Positions 1 through 10,137 are shown, counted from the stretch's first letter. The stretch is 64,000 nucleotides of DNA from an uncultured Phascolarctobacterium sp. (GCF_905212365.1 NZ_CAJMEH010000002.1:6683-70682); one strand, 5' to 3'. Numbers and translations are program-made. Notes: generated from the sequence alone by a model not told the origin.

Positions 1-420
1 AGAATTTAACCATTCTTCTACAATACCTTTTTTGCCTAAAGTAAATCCATAATTATAAGATTTGCAGCTATTACTTTTATGATCTACAAAATAAACTTCA
101 AAAGAAGAAACCTCTTCTTTACTTTGAATATCAAACAAAAATGGAGTCTGTTGAATTCCCGGGCTATTTGATTTTTTATCCTCTAAGCTTCCACCAAAAG
201 CAAATGAATTAACAACATAATTCATCATAAAACGAAAAGCTTTTATAACATTTGATTTACCACTGGCATTAGCACCAAAAATAGCTGCCGTTGGTAATAT
301 TTTTTCATTACCAACACAAACAATCCTATCAACATATTCTGTAATCTTGGTTGCAGAAAGGTCTAAAATCGTATCATCTTTAAAGGATTTAAAATTTTTA
401 AAACGGAATTGCATCAACAT
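1..420 (-). CDS. AAA-family ATPase, N-terminal 140 aa only. The gene continues beyond the window start. It resembles the AAA_15/AAA_21-type ATPases found in abortive-infection and anti-phage modules.
   Basis: Reverse-strand ATG at 418-420 is preceded by an AGGAG ribosome-binding site and a TATAAT-like -10. Translation is MLMQFRFKNFKSFKDDTILDL...IFGANASGKSNVIKAF. Walker A motif GANASGKS plus the FKNFKSF N-terminal signature. Not in the ORF track because the ORF is open at the window edge. Confidence 0.55.
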   Translation of the reverse strand, partial: MLMQFRFKNFKSFKDDTILDLSATKITEYVDRIVCVGNEKILPTAAIFGANASGKSNVIKAFRFMMNYVVNSFAFGGSLEDKKSNSPGIQQTPFLFDIQSKEEVSSFEVYFVDHKSNSCKSYNYGFTLGKKGIVEEWLNS

Positions 421-1161
421 CTCAATCACTCCTTATTTCAATTATAATCACTTTAAAGAAAAAAAGCAACGCCAAACGAGATAAAAGCTCATTTAAGCGT
501 TGATTTTAGTGCTTTATTATTTATTGTATACTATTTCAGGCATAGAGCTCGACTTCCATCATGTTTTGCGTAATAGCTTAATTGCAAAACAAAGGTAAGT
601 TCTATGCCTATTTTTATAATAAAGTATACATGGATTCCATATCTAGGAAATTCAAGAGTGTGTGAGAGTGAGTGGGGGATGCGGATAAAAATTTGCGCAA
701 AACTATTGACAGTACCCTAAAAACGCCGTGCACGTGTAGCTCTCGGCGTGAAAATTACATACAAAATAACGTACCAAGAAAAAATCATTATCTTTCTCTC
801 AGCCGAAAACATTTCTTTTATTAAATCAACTGCAGTAAATTTATAATCACATACATAATATGCTAAACCTGTAATAAGTCCAGCCGGTTAAAAATGCAAA
901 AACTGCGACTACGGCGAAGCCAGCAAATAAATCAATAATATCAGCATATGGCCGCAAATATGGATAGGAAATACTTTCAATATACCATTGAGGGAAACCG
1001 AAAGAATGCTCCATAATCATCAGAAAAACTGCTATTCCTTTTTCGTAAGCTCTCTTGTCAAGATAACACCTCTAGTATGTTGAATAGTATTATGCAAAAT
1101 ATTATTATATCTCTATACTTTTTATTGCCATGCACTGACAATAGTTCTATATCATTCTGCT

Positions 1162-2193
1162 CTATCTCTTTAGTTTATCTATTTTTCTTTTCCAATACCA
1201 AGACAAATAATTTTTTGTTTCAGTTTTCTCAACTAATTTACTCAAGCCAATAAATTGCAATATATTAGCTTCTTCCATAGAATAATCACGTAAAGGAGAT
1301 ATATCTCTATGCTTGTATCCAGTAAATTCTTCACAACTTAAAATTAATTTATCTCTAAAAGATTTATATAAATCACTATTTTCTGTAGGATTATTAATAT
1401 TAAAAAAATCAAGATTTTTCAGATACTCCTGCGTGCTCATGTGCCTTACAAAATTTTCCAGCCCACCAAAACGATATTCATTTTTATTATCATTTATTAA
1501 CAAAACAGGCGTTTCTAAGGCCAAAGAAGGCATTGCACAATGTAATCTGCTAGTAATAATACAAGAAGCAGACTGATATGCGTCTAACAATTTAAATGCC
1601 AAATTATATTTATATTGGATATCAAAAAAGCAATTGTTAGGAAGTTGCGGACTAATGCAATAAATCTTTTTTCTAGTGTTTTTTCGTAATACTGCTATCA
1701 ATTCATCGCTAACATCCACACATAATATATAATCTTGCTTCACAATTCTATCATTTTTTGGAAGAGTTAAAGTTAGGCAACCTGAAAAATAGGCCTTTAT
1801 ACCATGCTTTTCTAACAACTGCATTGTATTTAAATCTCGCGCTCCTATAGGCTGATACTGTTTTAAATATTCTATATTTTTACTATAAAATAAATTGTCG
1901 ACAAATTCTTTATTGGATGGATTTATATGTATAGAAATCAATAACGGAGTTATAACATCACAAGGAGGCCCCTGCTTAGCATCATGTTGATACCATGCAT
2001 TCATAATCATCTTTATTTTATCATTATTAATGTTTATCGTGGGGGCAAATGATTTAATGTTTTCTCTATCAATATAACAATCAATTCTAGGTAAGAAGCA
2101 ACTTGCTGCAATACTTTGAATTTCATCGCCCAAATTAACTGATTCTGTATTTTTTAATCTACCATATTCATAACACAATAATCCATACTTCAT
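1162..2193 (-). CDS. polysaccharide pyruvyl transferase family protein (CsaB/WcaK-like)
   Basis: 343 aa. C-terminal motif ITSRLHCAMPSLALETPVLLI is typical of the PS_pyruv_trans family. Lies in a low-GC glycan cluster. Confidence 0.5.
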   Translation of the reverse strand: MKYGLLCYEYGRLKNTESVNLGDEIQSIAASCFLPRIDCYIDRENIKSFAPTININNDKIKMIMNAWYQHDAKQGPPCDVITPLLISIHINPSNKEFVDNLFYSKNIEYLKQYQPIGARDLNTMQLLEKHGIKAYFSGCLTLTLPKNDRIVKQDYILCVDVSDELIAVLRKNTRKKIYCISPQLPNNCFFDIQYKYNLAFKLLDAYQSASCIITSRLHCAMPSLALETPVLLINDNKNEYRFGGLENFVRHMSTQEYLKNLDFFNINNPTENSDLYKSFRDKLILSCEEFTGYKHRDISPLRDYSMEEANILQFIGLSKLVEKTETKNYLSWYWKRKIDKLKR

Positions 2194-2254
2194 TTAGAAT
2201 CCCTCACTTCATATTTTATATTATTTTTATCAATATATGGCAAATAACTATTCA

Positions 2255-3418
2255 TTAGTTATCATTTACGACTTTAAATATAAGTTTTTCCCATTCATTC
2301 CAAATATTTTCAGGAGCATATTGCTTCATACTTTTTTTGGCAGCTTTTCCCATCTCTATGCGTTTATCATCATTTTCAATCAAAATGCTTAATGCACTCG
2401 CTAATGAATCTACGCCATAATCACACAAAATTCCAGTTTTTCCATCTTCAATAAGTTCATTAACTGAGATTGCGTTTTTATACCCCACACTTGGTAATCC
2501 TGCGCTCATTGCCTCAGTTAATGCTAAAGAAAATCCTTCAAAACTACTTGGGAAAGCAAAAATTTTAGCTCTCAACAATTTACCTTTTATGTCATCAGAA
2601 GTTCCACAAAACTTTATTCTATCCTGCAAGTTATTTTCAAAAATTAATTTATTACAATAACTATAATATTTTTCATCACCAAGCTCTACATCTCCCCAAA
2701 ATTCAACCTTCCATGAAGAATATTTTTTAGCAATCTTACAAAAAGCTTTTATCAATAAATCCTGTCGTTTTTGCAAACTATCTACACGACTAACATTGAT
2801 AATGATGTTATCCCTATCATACCCACAATCATCTTCGTATTGTGGGACACAATTGGGTATATATACTACATCCGTATTATGAATATATTCTTTAGTCTTT
2901 TCTATGAAGCTAGGCAATAGCACTTGAATACAATCGCTTTCTTCTAATGCTTTTTTTGTATCTTCAGTACAACCTTCTAATATATGTTCAGGGTTAAAAT
3001 GAAACATTGTAACGATAGGACAACTTATCTTTAAATGTCTTTTTAATAATCTTGTAGCTCCTACATTATATGAAATAATAACATCTGGTTTTTCTCTATC
3101 AACCACAGGTGCTATCAATGCAGCTTTTTGTTTATCAACAATATTCTCTCTATAAGAGTGTCTAGTATTCCTATTTCCACATATCTTCCCCCATATATTT
3201 TGATAAACAGTAAATTTAGGTTCATACCCTAAGCCTACATTTATAAATAAAACTTTATCCGATACATCAAAAAAAGGCTTTCCTATTTTGTTCTCACAGG
3301 CTAGCGCTACTACCTCATTCCCCTTTTCGGATAAAGCATTGGCCATATTAAAGAACACCTTTTCTGTTCCTCCTTTGGAATCAATAACCGGCCACAAATT
3401 TATCAATAATATTTTCAT
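2255..3418 (-). CDS. glycosyltransferase family 4 (GT-B fold)
   Basis: 387 aa. C-terminal EGFSLALTEAMSAGLPSVGY matches the EX7E motif region of GT4 enzymes. Confidence 0.8.
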   Translation of the reverse strand: MKILLINLWPVIDSKGGTEKVFFNMANALSEKGNEVVALACENKIGKPFFDVSDKVLFINVGLGYEPKFTVYQNIWGKICGNRNTRHSYRENIVDKQKAALIAPVVDREKPDVIISYNVGATRLLKRHLKISCPIVTMFHFNPEHILEGCTEDTKKALEESDCIQVLLPSFIEKTKEYIHNTDVVYIPNCVPQYEDDCGYDRDNIIINVSRVDSLQKRQDLLIKAFCKIAKKYSSWKVEFWGDVELGDEKYYSYCNKLIFENNLQDRIKFCGTSDDIKGKLLRAKIFAFPSSFEGFSLALTEAMSAGLPSVGYKNAISVNELIEDGKTGILCDYGVDSLASALSILIENDDKRIEMGKAAKKSMKQYAPENIWNEWEKLIFKVVNDN

Positions 3419-3547
3419 TTTCTATTCCTCATTTGTTTTAATCTACAATGTTCACCATCACACCATAAATATACCATGTCTATCTTATTTTCCATTTGCT
3501 AAACTCCTTCCCATTCTATATATCTTATAAAATATATAATTAAGTCC

Positions 3548-4207
3548 TTACTGAATTTTTAAACTCAACAATTTTTGCACTTTCACCATCCAAGATATTC
3601 TTTTAATGCAAATCTTCTCAATAATATTATTTTTCTCATCGCGCAGCTCCAGTTCAACCTGCTTGACGGCTTCAGGTATTTTTAAGCGATCTTTTTCCCA
3701 AACAACATTATTGTCTTTAAGAAAAATGCTGGCCGCTTCAGAAAAATTATATTTGTAAATACTAACGGGCAGCACGGTTTCTTTACCGATATAATATTCG
3801 CCGTAAGCAAAATTATCATTTATCAATATTTTACATATACTTATATCATTAGCATCTACATTCTCATTAAAATACGCAGTTTCATTATAAAATCGAAAAT
3901 TTAAAGGAGCATGTAATTCCGCAATATTTTCTAAAGCAAATAAGCTGACTTTCCCGTTAATGACAGGCATTCTCCAAAATACAACGTCGGAATTAACGAT
4001 CCTGCCAATTCTTTCGCGTAAATACTGCGATTTATGCTGGCAAATTGCATCAATTAAAATATTATTCCACAAATTTCTTTTGCAGCACCTTTCTGAAACA
4101 GGAAAGCGTACACGCGCATTCCAAGAAAAACAGGGATTATCTAATTCCGTTGCAGCATTATAAGCTAATTGGCTTTTATCGGGTTTATATACAGGCAGCA
4201 AATTCAA
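3548..4207 (-). CDS. hypothetical protein with no recognisable motif; TTG start
   Basis: 219-aa ORF, codirectional with flanking glycan genes. A reverse-strand TTG at 4205-4207 is used as the start. Confidence 0.35.
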   Translation of the reverse strand: MNLLPVYKPDKSQLAYNAATELDNPCFSWNARVRFPVSERCCKRNLWNNILIDAICQHKSQYLRERIGRIVNSDVVFWRMPVINGKVSLFALENIAELHAPLNFRFYNETAYFNENVDANDISICKILINDNFAYGEYYIGKETVLPVSIYKYNFSEAASIFLKDNNVVWEKDRLKIPEAVKQVELELRDEKNNIIEKICIKRISWMVKVQKLLSLKIQ

Positions 4208-4259
4208 ATCTTAAAAAAAATCATTTTGACCTTCGTAGGTTGTAGAATATGCAAATCCC

Positions 4260-4811
4260 TTATAAATAATTTGGGGAGGTATTTAAATCATTGTTTTGCA
4301 AAATATTCTCAATACATTCCTCAAAAGTAAGCGAACAAAGCCGATGGTCATGATGTCCGTCAATATCCGTACAAAAAATTATCTCCGGCTTGATGTCAAT
4401 AATAAGCTCTGTAAGATCTTCACATAAACCGGCATAATTAGTTAAGCTGTGACGCTTTGATTTCTCCATTCTGTATTCTTGCTTCATCGTACAGCCATAG
4501 GTATAATAGCCATTTTTACCTAATACTGGCTCACTAGCATGATAAATAGAATGATCAACTACATCGCTGGCGTCAGGATAGCCTAAAAAATATACTTGTC
4601 GTCTATCTATGCCCAAACATTCCAAGGAAGCCAATGCCTCTTGCAGACGCACAGCGGCATGAGCTGCAAAATCTCCGTTAGTCAAAAAGCACACCTGTAC
4701 TTCAGCTCCCAACTCCACTAATAACGGCAACAAACCTCCCATTAAATTAATTTCATCGTCCTCATGCGGTACTAGTATCAATATTTTCTTATTGCCATGT
4801 AAGTTCAGCAT
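4260..4811 (-). CDS. PIG-L/LmbE family N-acetylglucosaminyl deacetylase
   Basis: N-terminal ILILVPHEDDEINLMGG and downstream HHDH (HxDH) motifs characteristic of the LmbE/PIG-L zinc deacetylase fold. Confidence 0.7.
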   Translation of the reverse strand: MLNLHGNKKILILVPHEDDEINLMGGLLPLLVELGAEVQVCFLTNGDFAAHAAVRLQEALASLECLGIDRRQVYFLGYPDASDVVDHSIYHASEPVLGKNGYYTYGCTMKQEYRMEKSKRHSLTNYAGLCEDLTELIIDIKPEIIFCTDIDGHHDHRLCSLTFEECIENILQNNDLNTSPNYL

Positions 4812-4824
4812 CTTATAATCTCCG

Positions 4825-5992
4825 TCATTTTTCAGGTTGAAAATTTTGTTGTAAGCATAAAATGCCCCACAAGAAGAAATAAATAAGCATATGATATCTT
4901 AAAGTAGCGTTAACATCTACAAGTTCATGCACTAACATACCTATAATAATAGCAGTATAGACATTTTCATACGTCCACAATACGTTCATGTTGCGCAAAA
5001 CATTTTTGCAACATACTTTAAGCTGCCATAATATTAAAGCCAAATATGACACAAAGCCTACAAGGCCGCGCTCTGACAACAAAAATAAATACAAATTATG
5101 GGGATGAGGCAATCCTGGCTCTTTAGCCAACGGACTTATATAGCCAGATATATAATATTCAGACCATCTATGTAACCCCACACCCAATACAGGATAGTCA
5201 AAAAACATCTTAATGGCAGATTCCCATAGTAACAACCTTTCGCTATCATAACTACGCACATTAAACTTATAAAAAATTAATAGTGAAACAATAAATAGAG
5301 CAGCAAAAGACAATATGGCCATCTTATTCAACGCCATCTTGCACTTATTTACTAAAAACTATTACTTCAGCAATTATAGCCAACATAGCGCCCCTGCTAC
5401 CGGAAGATACGACACAAAAAAGTACGCCTAACAACGTAATGGAAAATATTAAGGAAAGTTTTTTATTATCTCTGTATTTATAAACTGCATATGCAAATAC
5501 AGGCACCATAATCTCCATACTAGAACCTAAAGCATTGGGATGTCCAAATAACCCTCCTACCCGTTTACCATACTTAGCTACATGAGTTAATAAGTCATGC
5601 ATGACAAAAATATCGTTAACAAATAATCCTGCGGCCATTCCCAAAAGCGCAAATAAAAAGCTTTTTTTGGGATTGTTGATAAAAAAATAAATTATCAATA
5701 GAGGAATAATTTTTTCAAAATCGCGCACGATGTACTTCATCGCGCCAAAATTATCCTGAAAAACTGCGCACAATGCTAATACTATCATATTTAACAGAAA
5801 TAAGAGCAGCGTTTTATTGAAATAAGAGCTGCGCACATTAGCTAGTCTGTGCTTATCTTTATAAAAAGCGTAAATAGCAAAAGGCAACGCAGCAGCATAA
5901 CAGCCTCCCGTAGATGTGGCTACTCCTGTTCCTATCACAAAAAGTGCTGCGGCTTTATAATAATCAGTATCTATACTCTTCAAATTCATCAT
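4825..5992 (-). pseudogene. waaL: O-antigen ligase (WaaL/Wzy_C family) split into two ORFs (5345..5992 and 4825..5337) by a frameshift
   Basis: The upstream ORF is multi-TM and ends with SGSRGAMLAIIAEVIVFSK, the conserved Wzy_C serine/arginine region. The downstream ORF continues with RLLLWESAIKMFFDYPVLGVGLHRW...HPHNLYLFLLSERGLVGF, the periplasmic loop and H motif. The two ORFs are 8 bp apart and in different frames. Confidence 0.6.
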
Positions 5993-6007
5993 TGCTCTAT
6001 CCCAACC

Positions 6008-7312
6008 TTACCATAAGCCGGAAAAGTGGTGCACACAATGTGTCTTTCCGGTAACTAAATAATGGTCTTTTTCCAATTCCGGTGAAAAATATTCTTTCGG
6101 ATAAACATGTACCCCCTCACAAGATAAATATGTATGACCGCCATCTAATTTTACACCATAATGTATGCGTGTGATTTTGCTGACAATCTTAGCGTTGGCT
6201 ATTTCCGTATAATCTTCATCACAATGCACGCAATCATACCATAATAATAATTCGGCAATCCATGGATGAAATTTTTTAGCGCCTACGGTGCTAATACAAA
6301 TGTGATTGCAAGGACCATACGTAGCGAAGGCGTCTTCCTGCAAAAAATCATCAAAATTTTTTAAAACCTCTACATCAGTATCTAAATAAATGCCGCCTTC
6401 ATAATATAAAGCATGCAGTCTCGCTATGTCGGCAATAAAAGCCCACTTTTTATTCGCCAAAGCCTCCTGAGCAAATCTGTATTTTTCTATGGGGAAATTA
6501 TTTTCATTCCATAATTTTATGGTGTAGCCCGGCAAAGCCTTTTCCCAGCTATCAACAAATTTTTTTACCGACTCTGGCATATTGGGATTACCAAACCAGC
6601 AATAGTGTATAACCTTGGGAATATAACCCTCGCCAGAAAATTTTTGCTTATATTTTTTGCTAAATTTATTTTTCAGCCAATGCTTAATCAAATCTTTATG
6701 AAATTTTATTTTCTGCCGCAATTCATTCAGATGATAACGCCAACCGATATATTTTCTTCTGTTGTTCAAATGCAAAACTAAAATATCTTCTAAATTTTCC
6801 TGCTGCAATAAATGCAGATTATATATTTTGCTAATCTTTTCTGCATCTGCAACATCCTCATAAATTCCAACATGTATATTGCGGAATCTATCCAAATACT
6901 CTACCAGCTTGATAAATTCCTGCATATCTTTAGTGGCTACGTTGTCTACGCAAAAAAGAACATGCTTAGCAGATAACTGCAAATAACTTTGTTTAATATT
7001 TTTCAAAAGCTCCCAGTTATGCAGCGGAACTATTACAGACTTTCCTAAATTACCAGCACTCAGCTCTGCATGAATTGCATTAAGCAAGCTTACTGTTTTC
7101 TTCTTATCTATTTTATTAACAGGCAAACTATCGCTCCATACTTTTTTGGCTTGTATCCCGCACATGAAACTATCAGGAAAATTCTTTCCTGTTACAACAT
7201 GCAGTTCATTATCAGTTTTTAATCTATCAATTAGATATTCAGAAAACGCAATCTCCGACGCTATCCTATCATATAAATAAATAACGGAAATCTGCATAAT
7301 ACCATCCCCCAA
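6008..7312 (-). CDS. glycosyltransferase with a C-terminal GT32-like sugar-binding/DXD domain
   Basis: 434 aa. C-terminal half has IPKVIHYCWFG...KKWAFIADIARLHALYYEGGIYLDTDVEVL, the Gly_transf_sug DXD signature. N-terminal domain unassigned. Confidence 0.55.
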   Translation of the reverse strand: MGDGIMQISVIYLYDRIASEIAFSEYLIDRLKTDNELHVVTGKNFPDSFMCGIQAKKVWSDSLPVNKIDKKKTVSLLNAIHAELSAGNLGKSVIVPLHNWELLKNIKQSYLQLSAKHVLFCVDNVATKDMQEFIKLVEYLDRFRNIHVGIYEDVADAEKISKIYNLHLLQQENLEDILVLHLNNRRKYIGWRYHLNELRQKIKFHKDLIKHWLKNKFSKKYKQKFSGEGYIPKVIHYCWFGNPNMPESVKKFVDSWEKALPGYTIKLWNENNFPIEKYRFAQEALANKKWAFIADIARLHALYYEGGIYLDTDVEVLKNFDDFLQEDAFATYGPCNHICISTVGAKKFHPWIAELLLWYDCVHCDEDYTEIANAKIVSKITRIHYGVKLDGGHTYLSCEGVHVYPKEYFSPELEKDHYLVTGKTHCVHHFSGLW

Positions 7313-7325
7313 TTAAACAGCTTTT

Positions 7326-8264
7326 TCAAAATATTTTCTTCACCAAATCAGCCCACTTCAAGCGCCACAGCTGCCTGCTGATAGAATGTTTCTTTTTTTT
7401 CAAATTAGGCTGCGGCATAACGGCGTCCCGATATTCTGTCAACGACAAATATTCATAATACTTGTCGTTAAATCCTTTATAAACCGCATACTCCCAAGGC
7501 TTATAGCCTCCTGCGTAATGCAGTATGGCAATATCAGCCAAAGCCACCAAAGCTTTCCGGCGTAATGTCTTATTCCATACTATTCTCAACATCATATTAA
7601 AAACAGGAGGAATAACATTCCAACGCAAAGGCAACGCCGCCCATCGGTTCATAAATAAATAATTTAAAGCGTCCTGGTCATGGTGCCTGAATTTTTTTTC
7701 TGCAATGAGCTGCACTAATTTGGCTGAAATATTTTCCTGCCGCCACTGCTGCAAATCCATTAATAAGACACCCGAATTAAAATAAGAATATTGCGGCTGC
7801 CAGCCTAAATTTTTGGCTTTTTCAGCGCATTTTCCTTTAGAGGATAAAATGCCAAAATCCTCAGCGGCCGCCAAAGGTTTACTCTGCATATCAAAACGCC
7901 AAAGCTCTGCAATATCGGCCAAAACCAGCAAATCGCAGTCTAAATATATTACCTTTTTAATAGCTTCAGGCACTATATTGGGAATATCCAAGCGCAAATA
8001 AGCCGCTCTGGTTAAATTCCCGCTTACAAAAACATTGCTGAAAGCCTGCGTATCTGCGCACACAAAATCAATTTGGGCGCTAAATTGGGCAACAGACTGC
8101 CGCATCTTCGCTTTATTGGCCTCGTCTATGCCATCGTCAATCACAAAAAAATGTACTGCTTCCGGTCTTGCAGTATTGCATAAAACCGAAGTCATGGCAA
8201 CGGTTGCATGCTGCGCGTAATTTTTATCAGTGGCTAAAACAATATTAATACTTTCATCAATCAT
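7326..8264 (-). CDS. glycosyltransferase family 8, LPS alpha-1,3-hexosyltransferase-like (RfaI/RfaJ type)
   Basis: NIVLATDKNYAQH, YLDCDLLV, NSGVLLMDL and HHDQDALN motifs of GT8. Contains two A8 tracts: 7692-7699 (mid-gene) and 7393-7400 (near the 3' end). Confidence 0.8.
   Translation of the reverse strand: MIDESINIVLATDKNYAQHATVAMTSVLCNTARPEAVHFFVIDDGIDEANKAKMRQSVAQFSAQIDFVCADTQAFSNVFVSGNLTRAAYLRLDIPNIVPEAIKKVIYLDCDLLVLADIAELWRFDMQSKPLAAAEDFGILSSKGKCAEKAKNLGWQPQYSYFNSGVLLMDLQQWRQENISAKLVQLIAEKKFRHHDQDALNYLFMNRWAALPLRWNVIPPVFNMMLRIVWNKTLRRKALVALADIAILHYAGGYKPWEYAVYKGFNDKYYEYLSLTEYRDAVMPQPNLKKKKHSISRQLWRLKWADLVKKIF
7692..7699 (-). repeat. A8 homopolymer (coding strand) inside the GT8 glycosyltransferase ORF; second A8 at 7393-7400
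   Basis: Plus strand reads attttttttc. It encodes ...AEKKF... in frame. Confidence 0.85.
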
Positions 8265-10137
8265 CTTTACGCGGTTCCTTATCCTCAGTCAATTTTCTGG
8301 TTCCTAAATTTGTAGTCAGCGTTTCACGAGTAAATTTATACTTACTGTTTAGCAGACTGTTACTCTCGTCGTAATGATTAGATTGAATCTGTAATAAATT
8401 GCAAACAACCTCATAAATCATATCATTAGTAAAATAAGCGTTTTTCTGCTTTTTAAAAACTTCAACAGACTCTTTAAACAGATTTTTATATTCGTCGGAA
8501 ACATAGACAAACATCGGTACCTGCAAGGATTTAAAGCCAGCTACATCAGGATGGCGCTTTCTGTAAGGGTCGCCGCCATGATCTGAAAAATACAGCATTG
8601 CCTGCAGGTTTAATTTATTAATGGCATACTGATGTACCTGCTGCAAAACATAATCTGTATAGGCCAAGCTATTATCATAGTTTAAAACCGTATCAAATTT
8701 ATGCGGCTCGCCAAATTTAGTAAACTCCGGCGGATATCTATTGATGCAGTCCTCATGACTGCCCATAAAATGCAAAACGACAAAATTATTTTCCTCAGGA
8801 TTTACCTGCTCCAAGCATTTTAATAGATCACCGTCATACTGATATTTGCCATTAAGCTCTTTATTTTCACTCAACCATTCCGCATGATCCGCCGTTTTGG
8901 CAACTAAGGTAATAGGCGTATCCGCGCCGCCTATATATCCCTGATTGCTGAACCAATAAGTTTTATAGCCCGCTTTTTTAGCTATATCGATAACTGTCAA
9001 GCTTTGATTAAATTCCTTATCATTATATTGATTTTTTTCTGTCAATGCTCTTTCCAAAGCAGGAACGGTCTGGCACTTGCTTGTATATGCGTGAGTAAAA
9101 ACGACAAAATTATCGTTCTTCTTCATATTGCGCAGCCAAGGCGTATTATCATTCTGCGTATCACTGTACGCGCTCATATAATAAGAAGAAGCAGATTCGC
9201 CAATTACTATGATAATAGTTGACGGCTTAGCAAAAACAGGTGCAGAAGGCGTAACAGTTAAATTATTAAAATTCTCCTTGTGATAAACTGTAAAATTATT
9301 AGCCCGCGTAAAATAATCTCCCGCTGCTACATAAGTTTTCATCACACCGGTATCCTTAAACATTTTAGCACCATAGCCTACGGTTGCCAAAATTACCACC
9401 GACAAAACAGCTACAGATTTTTTCCCAAAAGAACTGATTTTAATCTTATCTGCCGTAATTTCCTGCAAACTATTAAGCTTATACATCGTCATAAACAACG
9501 CTATGAAAAAAATTACAATGCCAGCCAAACCAGTAAAGCCAAAATTGAGCAGCAAATACTCTTTGGCCTCGCCGGGATTAGTTTGCAGTAAAGCGAGGGA
9601 TGCATCTTCAGTAACGGGATATTTATAATAGGCAAAATAAATTATTTGCACGACAGGTATAATTAACGCCGCTGTATGCAAAAAAGCAAACCCCCGCTGG
9701 CAAACGGCAGTATCCTGCCCTTTTCCGCGCCGCAATAAAATTAAGCGCAAGCATACGGAAAAGGCAAAAAAATACGCGCCAAAAGCCTGGTCAAAATGCT
9801 TATCAATAAACGTAAAAGTATTATGGTAAGTAATCCAATAACAAACCGGATATACCCAAATCCACAAAAAGCTTACGATCGCATGCGGCAGCAACATTTT
9901 ATAATTATAACCAGCACGCCGCCACAAATCGCAAGCTAACGCCACCGCTACAGCACAAGGTAAATATCTGCGCATTTGTAAAAAGAAAGTACTGTTTCTG
10001 ATACCCACGGCTGTAAAATAATATGCAGCAACCAGCAGCAAATATGTCGAAACTAAAACGATAAAAAATGTTCTATGTTTTCTAAATAAGTCCACTTTAT
10101 ATTTTCCTTTCTGCAAGCTATTTATTTTGCAGCTCAT
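8257..10137 (-). CDS. phosphoethanolamine transferase, EptA/EptB-like: N-terminal 5-TM domain plus sulfatase-fold domain, intact
   Basis: 626 aa. Contains PSTIIIVIGESASS, WFSNQGYIGGADTP and HFMGSHEDCINRYPPEF (the H-x-GSH / RYP motif of phosphoethanolamine transferases). Overlaps the upstream GT2 gene by 20 nt. Confidence 0.75.
   Translation of the reverse strand: MSCKINSLQKGKYKVDLFRKHRTFFIVLVSTYLLLVAAYYFTAVGIRNSTFFLQMRRYLPCAVAVALACDLWRRAGYNYKMLLPHAIVSFLWIWVYPVCYWITYHNTFTFIDKHFDQAFGAYFFAFSVCLRLILLRRGKGQDTAVCQRGFAFLHTAALIIPVVQIIYFAYYKYPVTEDASLALLQTNPGEAKEYLLLNFGFTGLAGIVIFFIALFMTMYKLNSLQEITADKIKISSFGKKSVAVLSVVILATVGYGAKMFKDTGVMKTYVAAGDYFTRANNFTVYHKENFNNLTVTPSAPVFAKPSTIIIVIGESASSYYMSAYSDTQNDNTPWLRNMKKNDNFVVFTHAYTSKCQTVPALERALTEKNQYNDKEFNQSLTVIDIAKKAGYKTYWFSNQGYIGGADTPITLVAKTADHAEWLSENKELNGKYQYDGDLLKCLEQVNPEENNFVVLHFMGSHEDCINRYPPEFTKFGEPHKFDTVLNYDNSLAYTDYVLQQVHQYAINKLNLQAMLYFSDHGGDPYRKRHPDVAGFKSLQVPMFVYVSDEYKNLFKESVEVFKKQKNAYFTNDMIYEVVCNLLQIQSNHYDESNSLLNSKYKFTRETLTTNLGTRKLTEDKEPRKDD

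Noticed and set aside
421-1160. Possibility that the 740-bp ORF-free region encodes a retron-type ncRNA serving the adjacent ATPase.
   Set aside because: No reverse-transcriptase gene lies between the region and the ATPase, and I could not identify the paired inverted repeats (a1/a2) characteristic of msr-msd. Kept only as a generic 'possible ncRNA or gene remnant' note.
4208-4262. A8 tract (4213-4220) in the spacer between the PIG-L deacetylase ORF and the downstream 219-aa ORF. Considered as a slippage junction of one split gene.
   Set aside because: Reading all three frames across the 52-bp spacer shows stop codons in every frame (TAA, TGA, TAA on the coding strand). Changing the tract length by one or two bases cannot fuse the ORFs. 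They are treated as separate genes and the tract as a chance AT run or promoter spacer.
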